A DNA stretch of 64,000 nt, from assembly GCA_040389445.1 (NCBI GenBank), contig JAZJZX010000014.1, forward strand, positions 37,287 through 101,286, given 5' to 3'. Below, one piece after another: positions 1 to 10,212 of this stretch. This stretch comes from Chloroflexota bacterium. Its GTDB lineage: Bacteria; Chloroflexota; Limnocylindria; Limnocylindrales; CSP1-4. The notes beneath the pieces were generated by a model. It did no database searches, had not been told where the DNA came from, and saw nothing but the letters and a program-made list of their open reading frames with translations. Position numbers and translations under genes: made by a program. Position 1 is the first letter of the stretch. Every line of letters starts with the position of its first letter.

Positions 1-102
1 GGTAAACGCCGGGGGCCCGGCTGGTCAGGGGCCGTCCCCAGAGGACCGGTCCGTCCGGCAGCAATCCCACCGCGCGCAGGAGCGAAGCCGCCCCGCGTTC
101 CG

Positions 103-1527
103 TTGCCATCCGGCCTCCGTCCAAACTCGATTCCGGGCATCCGCCGGGCCGGGGTATCGTCGCACCGTTATCACTCACCCGCCGGGGAGGTCCGGGAGAT
201 CGGCATCCGTCGCCATTTCGTGCTCGCGATCGTGTTCGTGACCGTGTCGGCCGCCGGCGCGGCGATGGCCGGGATCCCGGAGATTCGCGCGTTGGTCGGC
301 CTCGTTCCGGCCGCGACGACCGGCGCGCCGACGCCCAGTGCCGACGCACCGAGCGCTCCCGCGTCCTCGGCGACCCCCGTGCCGAGCGCAACACTCCGGC
401 CCGCGAGCCCCTACGTGCCGGCCCTCATCGATCGGCCGGGCGTCCGGGACCGCCTCCAGGCGGCGCTCGACGCGGGCCGCCTGACCCTCGCCGCGCCGGG
501 CGTGGTCGCCAGCGTCCTCTTTGCGGACGGACGTCAGTGGACGGGCGTATCCGGCGTCGCCGACATCGCCACCGGGCGCCCCCTGACGGCCCGGACGCCG
601 TTCGCCCTCGCATCCGTCAGCAAGACGTTCCTGGCGGCCGAATGCCTCGCCCTCGTGGATGAAGGCCTGCTGCGACTGGATCAGGCGGTGGCCCCGCTGC
701 TTCCCGGCGTGCTGGTGGGGGGATACGCCATCGATCCGCAGATCACCATCCGTCAGCTCCTCGACCACACGAGCGGGCTGGCCGACTACCTGGTCGATCG
801 AAAGCTGGAGCTCGCCGTGCTGGCCGAACCGACCGCCGTCTGGACGCCCACGATGGCGCTCGCCTACGCGCGTCGGCCCGTGGCGGCCCCGGGCGCTGGG
901 TATCACTACGCGAACACGAACTACGTCCTCCTCGGCCTCGTCGCGGAGCGCTTGACCGGCCGAACCCTGGCCGAGGAATATCGGGCGCGATTCTTCGAGC
1001 CGCTCGGTTTGACCACCGCGACGTATCAGGGACTGGAGCCGCCGGTGGGAGACCTGCCGACGGCCTACCGCTACGGCTCCTCGGCCCTGAACGCGAAGCC
1101 CGTCGACGTCACCGACGGCACGGACATTCGTCCGTTCACTGCCATCACGACCGCGGCAGGGGCCGCGGGCTCCGTGGCTGCGAGCGCCGCCGACGCTGCC
1201 CGGTGGGCGCGTGCCCTGTACGGCGGGTACGTCCTCCCGGCCGCCGACGTCGCGGCGATGATCGCGGATGCAACCGCAACCGCCCGGCTTCGCCCGGGCT
1301 TTCCATACGGGCTGGGTGTCCAGGTCCTGCGCATCGACGGGCGCATCTCGTACGGCCATTCGGGTCGCCTGGTGGGCGCCCGCAGCGTGGTGCGCTGGTT
1401 CCCCGGGGAGGGCATCGCCATCGCGGTCGTCACCAACGAGAGTCGGTTCGATCCGACGACGATCCTCCGCGACCTCCTCGCGATCGTCGCACCGGAGTCG
1501 GGCCGCGAGGGCCCGCGCCCGGATTGA
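103..1527 (+). CDS. Secreted serine hydrolase (beta-lactamase class C / D-Ala-D-Ala carboxypeptidase family)
   Basis: SxxK (ASVSKT), LLxHTSG, YxN (YANTNY) and HSG motifs; hydrophobic N-terminal segment and Pro/Ala/Ser linker. Start uncertain, probably about 199-220. Confidence 0.85.
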   Translation: MPSGLRPNSIPGIRRAGVSSHRYHSPAGEVREIGIRRHFVLAIVFVTVSAAGAAMAGIPEIRALVGLVPAATTGAPTPSADAPSAPASSATPVPSATLRPASPYVPALIDRPGVRDRLQAALDAGRLTLAAPGVVASVLFADGRQWTGVSGVADIATGRPLTARTPFALASVSKTFLAAECLALVDEGLLRLDQAVAPLLPGVLVGGYAIDPQITIRQLLDHTSGLADYLVDRKLELAVLAEPTAVWTPTMALAYARRPVAAPGAGYHYANTNYVLLGLVAERLTGRTLAEEYRARFFEPLGLTTATYQGLEPPVGDLPTAYRYGSSALNAKPVDVTDGTDIRPFTAITTAAGAAGSVAASAADAARWARALYGGYVLPAADVAAMIADATATARLRPGFPYGLGVQVLRIDGRISYGHSGRLVGARSVVRWFPGEGIAIAVVTNESRFDPTTILRDLLAIVAPESGREGPRPD

Positions 1528-1615
1528 CCGCGCCCGCGGCCGGACCCGCGATCGGCGGCCGGACCCGCGCCCGCGGCCGGACCCGCGATCGGCGGCCGGA
1601 CCCGCGATGGGCGGC
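1528..1615. repeat. 37-bp tandem repeat (2 copies plus partial) directly after the stop codon
   Basis: ccgcgcccgcggccggacccgcgatcggcggccggac at 1528-1564 and 1565-1601. Confidence 0.85.
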
Positions 1616-1748
1616 TGGGCGGTGCACACAGGCGACAACTTCGGCAGCGGCCGGTACGACCGCCGTGCGCGATCGGTACTCCTGGGTCTTCCGCGCGATG
1701 GATCGGAGCCGCATCCTCGATGCCGCAGCGTCGCATCGGGGAGCGTCC

Positions 1749-2261
1749 ATGCACCAGGTCGAGGCCTTTACTGCCGAGGGCATAACGCGGGGGGTCGTGA
1801 CCGGGCTGCCCGAATTCAGGGCGGACTCCGAGGCGACGCTGTCGATCAGCATCGATCGCGCAACGTGGCATCCACTGATCGGCGGCCCCGCCGAGCGTCG
1901 CGGGCCGGTGCTCCTGGAGGCGGAGGACATCCTCGTGCTCTGGTCCGAGGGTCAGGACCTTCCGATCCATGCCGCATGGCACGACGTCGAGCTGGAGATG
2001 GGCCCGTATTCCATCACGGGTGCCCTGCCGACCATGCCGGGCTTCGATCCCGGGCGTGCACTGGCCCGGCCCGGCGGTCCATTCGTCCTGATCCGGGATG
2101 CCTGCGTGACGCTGGTCGACAATCCCGACGGCGGCCGCGTGGAGCGCTCGCACGCCCTGGTCAATCGATACGGGGTGGAGCGGGTGGTTGCCGCGATCGA
2201 CCTCGGGTACTACTTTCCCGGGGCGACGTTCGCGGTCCCGGTCGGATCCGGCCGGGGCTGA
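1749..2261 (+). CDS. Hypothetical protein (170 aa)
   Basis: GGGAG RBS before ATG 1749; globular-looking sequence with GC3-biased codons; ends tail-to-tail with the helicase gene. Confidence 0.7.
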   Translation: MHQVEAFTAEGITRGVVTGLPEFRADSEATLSISIDRATWHPLIGGPAERRGPVLLEAEDILVLWSEGQDLPIHAAWHDVELEMGPYSITGALPTMPGFDPGRALARPGGPFVLIRDACVTLVDNPDGGRVERSHALVNRYGVERVVAAIDLGYYFPGATFAVPVGSGRG

Positions 2262-3524
2262 TCAGCCCCGCGAACCACTCCCGGAATGGGGCCGCGCGCC
2301 ACTGCGGTGCGCGTAGTGATGCCCGCGTGCGGGCCGGGCCTCGGGGGCGCCGCCGCGCAACGGCTGGGGCTCGGCGTTCCGGTCCGGCACGAACCCTTCC
2401 TCGACCGTCCACGGAATGGCCTTCTTCAGGAGCCGCTGGACCCCGCGAAGCAGGTCCGTTTCGTCGATCGAGACCAGGCTGACGGCATCGCCGGTGGCCC
2501 CGGCGCGTCCCGTCCGTCCGATCCGATGGATGTAGTCCTGGGCCTGCCATGGCAGCTCGAAGTTCACGACATGGGGAAGATCCTCGATGTCGAGGCCCCG
2601 TGCGGCGACATCCGTCGCAACCAGGACGCGGATCGTCCCGGCCTTGAATGATTCGAGGGCCCGGGTACGCTCCGGCTGCGACCGATCCGAATGGATGGCC
2701 ACGGCTTCGAGCCCACGCCGGTCGAGGTAGGTGGCCAGCCGCGTCGCCCCGATCTTCGTTCGGGTGAAGACGAGGACCTGTCGCCAGTCCTCCTTGGCGA
2801 TCAGGTGCGCGAGGAGCGCCTCCTTGCGATCGCGATCGACCGGATAGACCAGCTGTCGGACCGTCTCCGCGGCGACGTTCCGTGCAGCGACCTCGACCAC
2901 CTCGGGGTGGTTGAGGATCGATCCCGACAGCCGCCGGATGTCGTCGGAGAAGGTGGCCGAGAACATGAGGTTCTGGCGCTGCGCCGGCAGCAGTTCGATG
3001 ATCCGGCGAATGTCGGGCAGGAAGCCCATATCCAGCATGCGATCGGCCTCGTCGAGGACGAGGATCTCCACCTGTCCGAGGTTGACCGTCTTCTGTCCGA
3101 CGTGGTCGAGGAGCCGTCCCGGGGTGGCGACGAGGATCTCGACCCCTCCGCGCAGGACCTTGGTCTGTGGCTCGATCGGAATGCCGCCGTAGACGACCGC
3201 CGGGCGAAGCGGGACGCTCCGGCCGTAGGTCCGGACGCTTTCATCGACCTGCATCGCGAGTTCGCGGGTCGGAACCAGGATCAGCACCCGAACCGGATGC
3301 CGCGCCGGCGAGAAGCTGGTGTTGGCGTGCTGGCGGAGGCGATCGAGGATCGGCAGCACGAATGCTGCGGTCTTGCCGGTGCCGGTCTGGGCCGCCGCGA
3401 GGACGTCGCGTCCGGCAAGCACATGGGGGATCGCGGCCGCCTGGACGGGTGTGGGTTCGGTGTAGCCTTCTTCGGCCACGATCCGAATGAGATCGGCCGA
3501 CAGGCCGAGCGGTCTAAAGGTCAA
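2262..3524 (-). CDS. DEAD-box ATP-dependent RNA helicase (RhlE-like), copy 1
   Basis: Q motif (GYTEPTPVQ), [39 protein letters not shown]. Confidence 0.95.
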   Translation of the reverse strand: MTFRPLGLSADLIRIVAEEGYTEPTPVQAAAIPHVLAGRDVLAAAQTGTGKTAAFVLPILDRLRQHANTSFSPARHPVRVLILVPTRELAMQVDESVRTYGRSVPLRPAVVYGGIPIEPQTKVLRGGVEILVATPGRLLDHVGQKTVNLGQVEILVLDEADRMLDMGFLPDIRRIIELLPAQRQNLMFSATFSDDIRRLSGSILNHPEVVEVAARNVAAETVRQLVYPVDRDRKEALLAHLIAKEDWRQVLVFTRTKIGATRLATYLDRRGLEAVAIHSDRSQPERTRALESFKAGTIRVLVATDVAARGLDIEDLPHVVNFELPWQAQDYIHRIGRTGRAGATGDAVSLVSIDETDLLRGVQRLLKKAIPWTVEEGFVPDRNAEPQPLRGGAPEARPARGHHYAHRSGARPHSGSGSRG

Positions 3525-3645
3525 AGCGTCTCCAGATCTTCCGCGTCATCCACCGTCGCCCAGGGCGACGGGATATTGGGCGGGCGGCGCGAGGATACCG
3601 GATCGAGGCACCAGCCGTGATGCGAGGCTCCGGTACGATGGGCCG

Positions 3646-4161
3646 ATGAGCGCCACCGGAACCCGTGCGGTCGCCGCCCTTCGCCGGGCCGGCGTCGATC
3701 ACGGCCTCCATCCGTACGAGACGGGGCAGCGTCACGGGGCCCGGCGCAACGACCGGCCGGCCTATGGGCTCGATGCGGCCGCGGCCCTGGCCGTCCCGGC
3801 GGAAACCGTCTGCAAGACCCTGGTCGTCGAGGCCGACGGGGCGTTCCTGTTGGCGATCGTGCCGGTCAACCGGACCCTCGACCTCAAACGGTTCGCCGCT
3901 GCCGCCGGCGCTCATCGGGCAACGATGGCCGAGGCTCGGGACGCCGAGCGCGTCACCGGCTACCTCATCGGGGGCATCAGCCCAATCGGCACCACCCGGC
4001 GACTTCGAGCCGTCCTCGATGCGCCGGCGGCGGCCCTCGACCGGATCTACGTCTCGGCGGGTCGGCGCGGACTCCAGGTGTCGATCCGGCCGGCCGACCT
4101 CCTCGCGGTGATCCAGGCGGAGGTCGCGGCGATCAGCGGCCTGAACCGCACTGATCCGTAG
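3646..4161 (+). CDS. ybaK: YbaK/EbsC family aminoacyl-tRNA deacylase
   Basis: KTLVV, TGYxxGGISPIG and SAGRRG motifs; -10 TACGAT 6 nt before ATG 3646. Confidence 0.88.
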   Translation: MSATGTRAVAALRRAGVDHGLHPYETGQRHGARRNDRPAYGLDAAAALAVPAETVCKTLVVEADGAFLLAIVPVNRTLDLKRFAAAAGAHRATMAEARDAERVTGYLIGGISPIGTTRRLRAVLDAPAAALDRIYVSAGRRGLQVSIRPADLLAVIQAEVAAISGLNRTDP

Positions 4162-4286
4162 GTGGGCCTGCGAAAGGCAAGACGGCGTACTGACGCGAGT
4201 CGCGCCACCCACTGAGGCGCAAGCCTGCGCGCGCGGCTCCACCGACCGGGTCTCCGTCCGTCGCTCCGCGGGGTACCATCCGGCGC

Positions 4287-4865
4287 ATGACCAGCGCCGA
4301 TCGCCTCCATCTCACCGGCAATGAGGCCGCCGACCGTCTCCTTGCGGTCGATCCGCTCGCCCTCCTGATTGGTTTCGCCCTGGACCAGCAGGTCACCGTC
4401 CAGAAGGCGTTCTCCGGACCGCTGGACCTGCGCGGACGGCTCGGGCACCTGGATGCGGCAAAGATCGCCGAGATGGACCCGGCGGACCTGGATCGAGTGT
4501 TTCGCGAGCGCCCTGCGCTGCACCGATTTCCCGGTTCGATGGCCACCAAGATCGGGCAGCTCTGCCGGGTCATCGCCGACGACTACGGGAACGACGCCGC
4601 GCGGATCTGGGCGGAAGCCCGCGATGGCCGCGATCTCCAGGCCCGGCTCCTGGCGCTGCCAGGGTTCGGCGACATGAAGGTCCGCGGCGTCATCGCCGTG
4701 CTCCATCGTCGACTCGGCGTGACCCTCCCCGACATCGAGGCGGTGCTTCCGGATCACCCGACGCTCGGCGACGTCGACTCGCCCGAAGCCCTCGCGGATT
4801 ACCAGGCCGGGAAGCGGGCGCACAAGGCCGCACTTCGGGCAGCCGAGGGGACGTCCAGGGCCTGA
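4287..4865 (+). CDS. HhH-GPD-type base excision DNA repair family protein
   Basis: LLIGFALDQQV, AFSGP, HRFPGSMA and HhH motif LLALPGFG typical of this family. Confidence 0.85.
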   Translation: MTSADRLHLTGNEAADRLLAVDPLALLIGFALDQQVTVQKAFSGPLDLRGRLGHLDAAKIAEMDPADLDRVFRERPALHRFPGSMATKIGQLCRVIADDYGNDAARIWAEARDGRDLQARLLALPGFGDMKVRGVIAVLHRRLGVTLPDIEAVLPDHPTLGDVDSPEALADYQAGKRAHKAALRAAEGTSRA

Positions 4866-4885
4866 TCGCTCGCCGCGCCGCGCGG

Positions 4886-6124
4886 TCAGCCGCGGTCGTC
4901 GCGAATCGGGACGCCGCCCTTGATCACCACGACCGGGTCGGCCAGCGCCGTGACACTGGCCAGGGGGTCGGTGTCGACCGCGACGAGGTCGGCGAACCTC
5001 CCGACCTCAAGGCTGCCCACCCGATGCGACCAGCCCATCATCTCCGCCGCGTCGGTGGTGGCCGCGCGAATGACCGCCAGGGGTGACATCCCCAGCCGAA
5101 CCATGATCGGGAACTGGCGCGCGACGAACCTGTGGGGATAGACGCCGCTGTCGGTCCCGAACGCCATCCGCACGCCCGCGCGGAGTGCCCGCGTGAAGCC
5201 GGATCGCTGGGCTTCGGTGGTGGCGGTGTTCTTCTCGATCGTCTCGGTCGGCCAGCCGTCGCGTCGCCCGACCTCGTCGATCCAGTCGCCGTCGTAGACG
5301 TCGGCAACCATCCAGGTTCCGTGGGCGACCATCGCGTCGATCCCGGCGTCGTCGATGAGGGACGCATGTTCCACGGAGCGCACTCCACCCTCGGCCGCGA
5401 TCCGGATGCCTCGCGCCCCATGCGCGTGCGCGGCCACGAACACGCCCAGCTCCGAGGCCCGCTCGACCGCGGCCTCGATCATGGGCGCGTCCAGTTCCAC
5501 GTCGTCCACCCGGGTGCCACGGGTGAGCACCGCGCCGGTGACGATCAGCTTGATGACGTCCGCACCGCCGGCCACGAGCCGTCCGACGGTGTCGCGCATC
5601 TCGGCCGGGTCGCGAACCACGCCCTGTCGGAACACGCGCGGAATGCGAACCGAGGGATCGCCGGTGACCTCCCCACCGCCCCGTGGCCGCGTGATCATCG
5701 CGCCGGCACACTGCATCCGAGGGCCGGCCACACCGCCGAGCTCGATCCGTCGGCGCAGCTCGACGTCCAGGAAGCCGCGGTAGGTCCCCACATCGCGCAC
5801 GCTCGTGACGCCGGCGCGGAGGGTCGCGAGGGCATTGGCCTCGCCCGCCGCGAGCTCCGATTCGGCCGTCTCGTCGATCGATGGAATGCCGGCGAACTCG
5901 AGTTTGCCGATCAGGTGGGCATGGGTGTCGATCAATCCGGGCAGGACGGTGAGCCCGGGGAGATCGATGGTCCGTACCGCGCCGGCTTCGGGCCGCGACT
6001 CATCCGGGCCGAGATGCGCCGCCACCACGCCGTCGCTGACCAGCAGGGATTGACCCGCGGTCGTCTCGCCAGACCGGGGGTCGAGGAGCCGGCCGGGGTT
6101 GATGAGCACGAGATCAGGGGCCAC
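4886..6124 (-). CDS. Metal-dependent amidohydrolase (Xaa-Pro dipeptidase-like)
   Basis: PGLIDTHAH, GVTSVRDVG, AAHAHG, SVEHA, FGTDSG, ADLVAV; GTG start at 6124 after -10 TACGCT. Confidence 0.88.
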   Translation of the reverse strand: MAPDLVLINPGRLLDPRSGETTAGQSLLVSDGVVAAHLGPDESRPEAGAVRTIDLPGLTVLPGLIDTHAHLIGKLEFAGIPSIDETAESELAAGEANALATLRAGVTSVRDVGTYRGFLDVELRRRIELGGVAGPRMQCAGAMITRPRGGGEVTGDPSVRIPRVFRQGVVRDPAEMRDTVGRLVAGGADVIKLIVTGAVLTRGTRVDDVELDAPMIEAAVERASELGVFVAAHAHGARGIRIAAEGGVRSVEHASLIDDAGIDAMVAHGTWMVADVYDGDWIDEVGRRDGWPTETIEKNTATTEAQRSGFTRALRAGVRMAFGTDSGVYPHRFVARQFPIMVRLGMSPLAVIRAATTDAAEMMGWSHRVGSLEVGRFADLVAVDTDPLASVTALADPVVVIKGGVPIRDDRG

Positions 6125-6150
6125 GGACAGAGCGTATCGGACGGACGCGG

Positions 6151-6216
6151 TTGACAGCGCGCGCCGCACACGCCACGATGGTCTCGTGATGGCACAAATG
6201 AACGGCACATATGTGC
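6151..6216 (+). promoter_or_regulatory. sigma70-type promoter plus palindromic operator for the SorC operon
   Basis: TTGACA (6151-6156)-N17-CACGAT (6174-6179); perfect palindrome GCACATATGTGC at 6205-6216 and imperfect copy GCACAAATGAAC at 6192-6203. Confidence 0.7.
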
Positions 6217-6250
6217 TACGGCGTCGACCTCGACAGGCACGGAACGGCAG

Positions 6251-7195
6251 ATGAGTCGGCCCGTTGACCTGGCCGCGCTCGTCCGCGTCAGCCGCATGTA
6301 CTACGAACTCGGCGAAACGCAGGAGTCGATCGCTGCCTCGCTGGGTGTCACCCGGCCGCAGGTCTCCAAGCTGCTCAAGCAGGCACGGGTTCAGGGCGTC
6401 GTGGAAATTCGGATCGTGGATCGGACCGAGCGGCCAAGTGACGTTGCGGCCGAACTCCAGCGGCGGTTCGGGCTTCGGGCGGTCCACGTCGCACCGGCGT
6501 TCAGCGGCTCGGACGAGCGCACGCGACGCCGTGTCGGGCGACTGGCTGCGCAGGTCCTCGCCTCGGCGGTCCGGGACGGCATGGTCATCGGGATCGGCGA
6601 CGGGTCGTCGGTCGCGGCGCTCGCCGATGAACTCGACCCGAGGTCGACGCCCGTGGCCGCCACGGTCGTGCCCCTGTGCGGAGGCTTCTGGGGCATGACC
6701 GGTGGGCGCGAGCCCTACCGTCGGATTGCCGAAGCGCTCGGTGCCACGGCCCACGGCCTGCTGGCGCCCGGGTTGCTGGACGATGCCGCGACGCGCAAGG
6801 CGCTCGGGGCCCACGCCGGGATCCGTGAGGTCACGGATCTCTGGGATCGCCTCGATGTCGCCGTGTTCGGGATCGGCGCGCCCACCTGGAGCGCGGCGCT
6901 GGTCGGCGAGGATGCCTGGCGGGAGATTGAGTCGGGACACGCCGTCGGCGAGATCCTCATCGCTCCGTTCGACGCCGATGGGCGGTTCGTGGGCAGCGCA
7001 CTCCGGGAACGGACGATTGCGTGCGATGCCCGCCGCCTGAACCTCGTTCCAACCTCGATCGGGATCGCCAGCGGGCCGTCAAAGATCAGCCCGATTCTCG
7101 GTGCGCTCCGGGCGGGCGCGTTGAACATCCTGGTGACCGATGTCGAAACGGCGGAGCGGGTCCTCGCGCTGGCCGGGCCGGAGACGGGCTCGTGA
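6251..7195 (+). CDS. SorC/DeoR-family sugar-binding transcriptional regulator
   Basis: N-terminal MYYxxGxTQxxIAxxLGVTRxxVSKLL HTH; C-terminal sugar-binding domain (GEI, K..ILGALRAG, LVTD). Confidence 0.92.
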   Translation: MSRPVDLAALVRVSRMYYELGETQESIAASLGVTRPQVSKLLKQARVQGVVEIRIVDRTERPSDVAAELQRRFGLRAVHVAPAFSGSDERTRRRVGRLAAQVLASAVRDGMVIGIGDGSSVAALADELDPRSTPVAATVVPLCGGFWGMTGGREPYRRIAEALGATAHGLLAPGLLDDAATRKALGAHAGIREVTDLWDRLDVAVFGIGAPTWSAALVGEDAWREIESGHAVGEILIAPFDADGRFVGSALRERTIACDARRLNLVPTSIGIASGPSKISPILGALRAGALNILVTDVETAERVLALAGPETGS

Positions 7196-8652
7196 CCGCT
7201 CGACCGACTGCGTTCCTGGGCATCGACATCGGCTCGTCCGAACTCAGGTGCGGCCTGATCACGGCAGATGGCCGGCTTCTCGGGCTCGAGCGGGCTTGGC
7301 ACGACATGACGGTGGACGCAGATCGAGGCCGCGCCGAACAGGATCCCGACGCCTGGTGGTCGGGGATGGTCGGGGCCGTGCGTACGCTTGCGGGCCGCGT
7401 CGACGTCGACGTGGCCGGTATCGGGGTGGACGGCCACGGGCCGACGATGACCGCCGTGGACGGGCGCGGCCAACCAACCAGGCCCGCGATCACGTGGCTT
7501 GATCAGCGGGCCGCCGCCGAGCAGGCGGAGCTCGCTGCGGCCACGGGTCTGGAGGGCTGGGCACTCGGTGTGCTTCCGGCGGCACTCTGGCTGGAACGCC
7601 ACGAGCCCGAGACCGCCGCCCGGACGCACTGGTACCTGAACACCTGGGAAGCGATGACGCTTCGCCTGACCGGCCAGGCACGCACGAGCCTGGTCCCGGG
7701 GCAGGTCTGGCCTTCTGCCGACGCGCTCGCTGCCCTCGGCCTTCCTCGACGCCGGATGGCCGAGCCGGTCGAGGCCGGTCGGGTGGTTGGGCGGCTCAGT
7801 GCGGATGCCGCCTCGGCCCTGGGACTCTCGACCGGCATTCCGGTCGTGGCCGGCGTGGTGGACGCCTTCGCGAGCTTCCACGGCGGCCGCATGCTCGAAC
7901 CAGGCGACGCCATCGACGTCGGTGGTTCGGCGGGTGGCTTCGGGGTGTATTGGGATCGACCGATCGTGGCGGCAGGCTCGTTCTCCACGCCCGCGCCGCT
8001 GGATGGGCTGCACAGCGTTGGCGGTGCCATGGCCGCGACCGGCAAGGCCGTCGAATGGCTGCGTGACGCGATCCTGGGCGGCGACCGGTCGGCCGACCGG
8101 TTGATCGACGAGGCCGCCGGGGTGCCCCCGGGCGCCGATGGCCTGATCTTCCTGCCGTACCTCACGGGCGAGCGATCGCCGATCTGGGATCCCGAGGCTC
8201 GCGGGGCGTTCGTCGGCCTGACCCTTCAGCATGGGCGAGCCCATCTGACGCGGGCGGTCCTCGAGGCGTCGGCGCTGGCCATCCGGCACGTCGCGGAGCC
8301 GATCCTCGGCGCGGGCGTCCGGGTCCGCACCATGCGCATCGCCGGGGGGCCGGCCCGAAGCACGGCGTGGAACCAGATCAAGGCGGATGTCACGGGCTTC
8401 GCGGTCGAGGTCCCGCGGATCCTCGAAACGGCCGTCGCCGGGTCGGCCATCCTCGCCGCCGCCGGAACGGGAGCCCATCCCGATCTGCGCTCCGCGATCC
8501 GCGCGATGACGGCGATCGAGCAGCGCCTCGATCCGAATCCCGATCGGAGGGCCATCTACGACGCTGCCTACGCCGCCTATACGGCCATCCACCCGGCGGT
8601 ATCCCCGATCCTGCACCAGCTCCGGGCCCATCACGCCGCGGTCGGTCGATGA
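7192..8652 (+). CDS. FGGY-family carbohydrate kinase (xylulokinase-like)
   Basis: LGIDIGSS, AEQDP, ITWLDQR, FLPYLTGERSP, GGPARS..WNQIKADV; GTGA overlap with the regulator stop. Confidence 0.9.
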   Translation: MTARPTAFLGIDIGSSELRCGLITADGRLLGLERAWHDMTVDADRGRAEQDPDAWWSGMVGAVRTLAGRVDVDVAGIGVDGHGPTMTAVDGRGQPTRPAITWLDQRAAAEQAELAAATGLEGWALGVLPAALWLERHEPETAARTHWYLNTWEAMTLRLTGQARTSLVPGQVWPSADALAALGLPRRRMAEPVEAGRVVGRLSADAASALGLSTGIPVVAGVVDAFASFHGGRMLEPGDAIDVGGSAGGFGVYWDRPIVAAGSFSTPAPLDGLHSVGGAMAATGKAVEWLRDAILGGDRSADRLIDEAAGVPPGADGLIFLPYLTGERSPIWDPEARGAFVGLTLQHGRAHLTRAVLEASALAIRHVAEPILGAGVRVRTMRIAGGPARSTAWNQIKADVTGFAVEVPRILETAVAGSAILAAAGTGAHPDLRSAIRAMTAIEQRLDPNPDRRAIYDAAYAAYTAIHPAVSPILHQLRAHHAAVGR

Positions 8653-9446
8653 CGACTGCGACGCACGGGCTGATCGAATCGCGAGGGCGGATCGAGCTGC
8701 GCGACCTGTCCCTGTCCTTCCCGCGCCGTGGGGCGGAACCGTTGCGGGTCCTCGATCGCGTGAACCTCACCGTTGCCGGCGGGGAGATCGTGACCCTGAT
8801 CGGACCGAACGGCTGCGGCAAGAGCTCGCTCCTGCGGGTCGTGGCAGGGCTGATCCGGCCCGACGCCGGCACCGCGCGTCTGGGCGGCAGCCCGATCACC
8901 CGGCCGGACCCGCGCATCGGCCTCGTCTTCCAGGAACCGAGGCTGCTGCCGTGGCGAACCGTCGCCGCCAACGTCGGCTATCCGCTGGAGCTGGCCGGCG
9001 TTCGCGGCACCGAGCGCGCGGAACGCGTGTCCGAAGCGCTGGAGCGGGTCGGCCTCACCGGGTCCGCCGATTCGCGGCCGGGAAACCTCTCGGGCGGCAT
9101 GCGCCAGCGAGCGTCCCTCGCCCGCGCCCTCGTACTCGAACCCGACGTCCTGCTGCTGGACGAGCCGTTCAGTGCCCTCGATTCGATCACCCGTGACCGC
9201 TTCAACGTCGAGTTGCTGGAACTCTGGGGCCGCCTCAGGACGACGATCCTGATCGTCACCCACAGCATCCCCGAGGCCATCTTCCTCGGCGATCGGGTCG
9301 TGGTGCTGTCCAGCCGCCCGGGCCGCGTCGTCGCGGACATCGCGGTGCCGCTGTCGTCACCTCGGACGCTGGACGACCTCGATGCCGCCGTCGTGTCGGC
9401 GACGGCGCGCGACATCCGCGCGCACCTGGACGCGGATGCCGCATGA
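8649..9446 (+). CDS. ABC transporter ATP-binding protein (NitT/TauT family)
   Basis: GPNGCGKS, FQEPRLLPW, LSGGMRQR, LLLDEPFSALD, VTH; ATGA overlap with the kinase. Confidence 0.93.
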   Translation: MTTATHGLIESRGRIELRDLSLSFPRRGAEPLRVLDRVNLTVAGGEIVTLIGPNGCGKSSLLRVVAGLIRPDAGTARLGGSPITRPDPRIGLVFQEPRLLPWRTVAANVGYPLELAGVRGTERAERVSEALERVGLTGSADSRPGNLSGGMRQRASLARALVLEPDVLLLDEPFSALDSITRDRFNVELLELWGRLRTTILIVTHSIPEAIFLGDRVVVLSSRPGRVVADIAVPLSSPRTLDDLDAAVVSATARDIRAHLDADAA

Positions 9447-10189
9447 GGTCCACCACCATGCTCTCGGTCGTCGGCGGCGTCGCGTTCCTGCTCCTCTGGA
9501 AGCTCATCGTCGTGGTGGGTGGCTACCCGGTCTTCATCCTGCCGCCACCGGAGATCGTCGGCGCGCGCCTCCTGAGCGGCTGGGCCAGCGGCCAGATCGG
9601 ACCGCATGCCGCGGCAACGCTGGTTGAGGTCGCGCTCGGGTTCGGCGCCGGTGCGGCACTCGGGCTGATCGCCGGGTACGGGCTCGGGCGATCGTCGATC
9701 GTTGCCCGGGTCGTGTCGCCGTATCTCGTTGCGGCACAGGCGACCCCGATCCTCGCCCTCGCACCCGTGCTCGCGTTGTGGTTCGGTCCGGGTCTGCTGG
9801 GCAAGGTCGTGATCGCCGCGCTGATCGTGTTCTTCCCGGTGGCCGTGTCCGCGATGGTCGGCATCCGATCCGTGGACACGGGTCTGCTCGAGCTCGGGCG
9901 AAGCCTGCGGGCCACGCCTCGCCAGGTCCTCCTGACGCTGGAAATCCCTGCCGCGCTGCCGTCGATCTTTGGCGGTCTGCGGATCGGGATCACCCTTGCC
10001 GTGGTCGGGGCGATCGTGGGCGAGTGGGCCGGCGCGGAGCGGGGCCTCGGCGTTCTCGTGAACATCGCCCGCGGCAGCCTGTTCGACATCCCGCTGATGT
10101 TCGCCACGCTGGTCACCATCGCCGCGTTCGGGGTGGCGTTGTACCTCATCGTCGTCATGGTCGAGCGTCGCCTCGTGCGCGCACGCTGA
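9443..10189 (+). CDS. ABC transporter permease (NitT/TauT family, RibX/ThiX-like)
   Basis: Multiple TM helices; ILPPP, P.ALPSIFGGLRI, GAIVGEW..GLG. Confidence 0.92.
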   Translation: MRSTTMLSVVGGVAFLLLWKLIVVVGGYPVFILPPPEIVGARLLSGWASGQIGPHAAATLVEVALGFGAGAALGLIAGYGLGRSSIVARVVSPYLVAAQATPILALAPVLALWFGPGLLGKVVIAALIVFFPVAVSAMVGIRSVDTGLLELGRSLRATPRQVLLTLEIPAALPSIFGGLRIGITLAVVGAIVGEWAGAERGLGVLVNIARGSLFDIPLMFATLVTIAAFGVALYLIVVMVERRLVRAR

Positions 10190-10212
10190 CCCCAAGCCCA
10201 CAAGGAGTTCCC

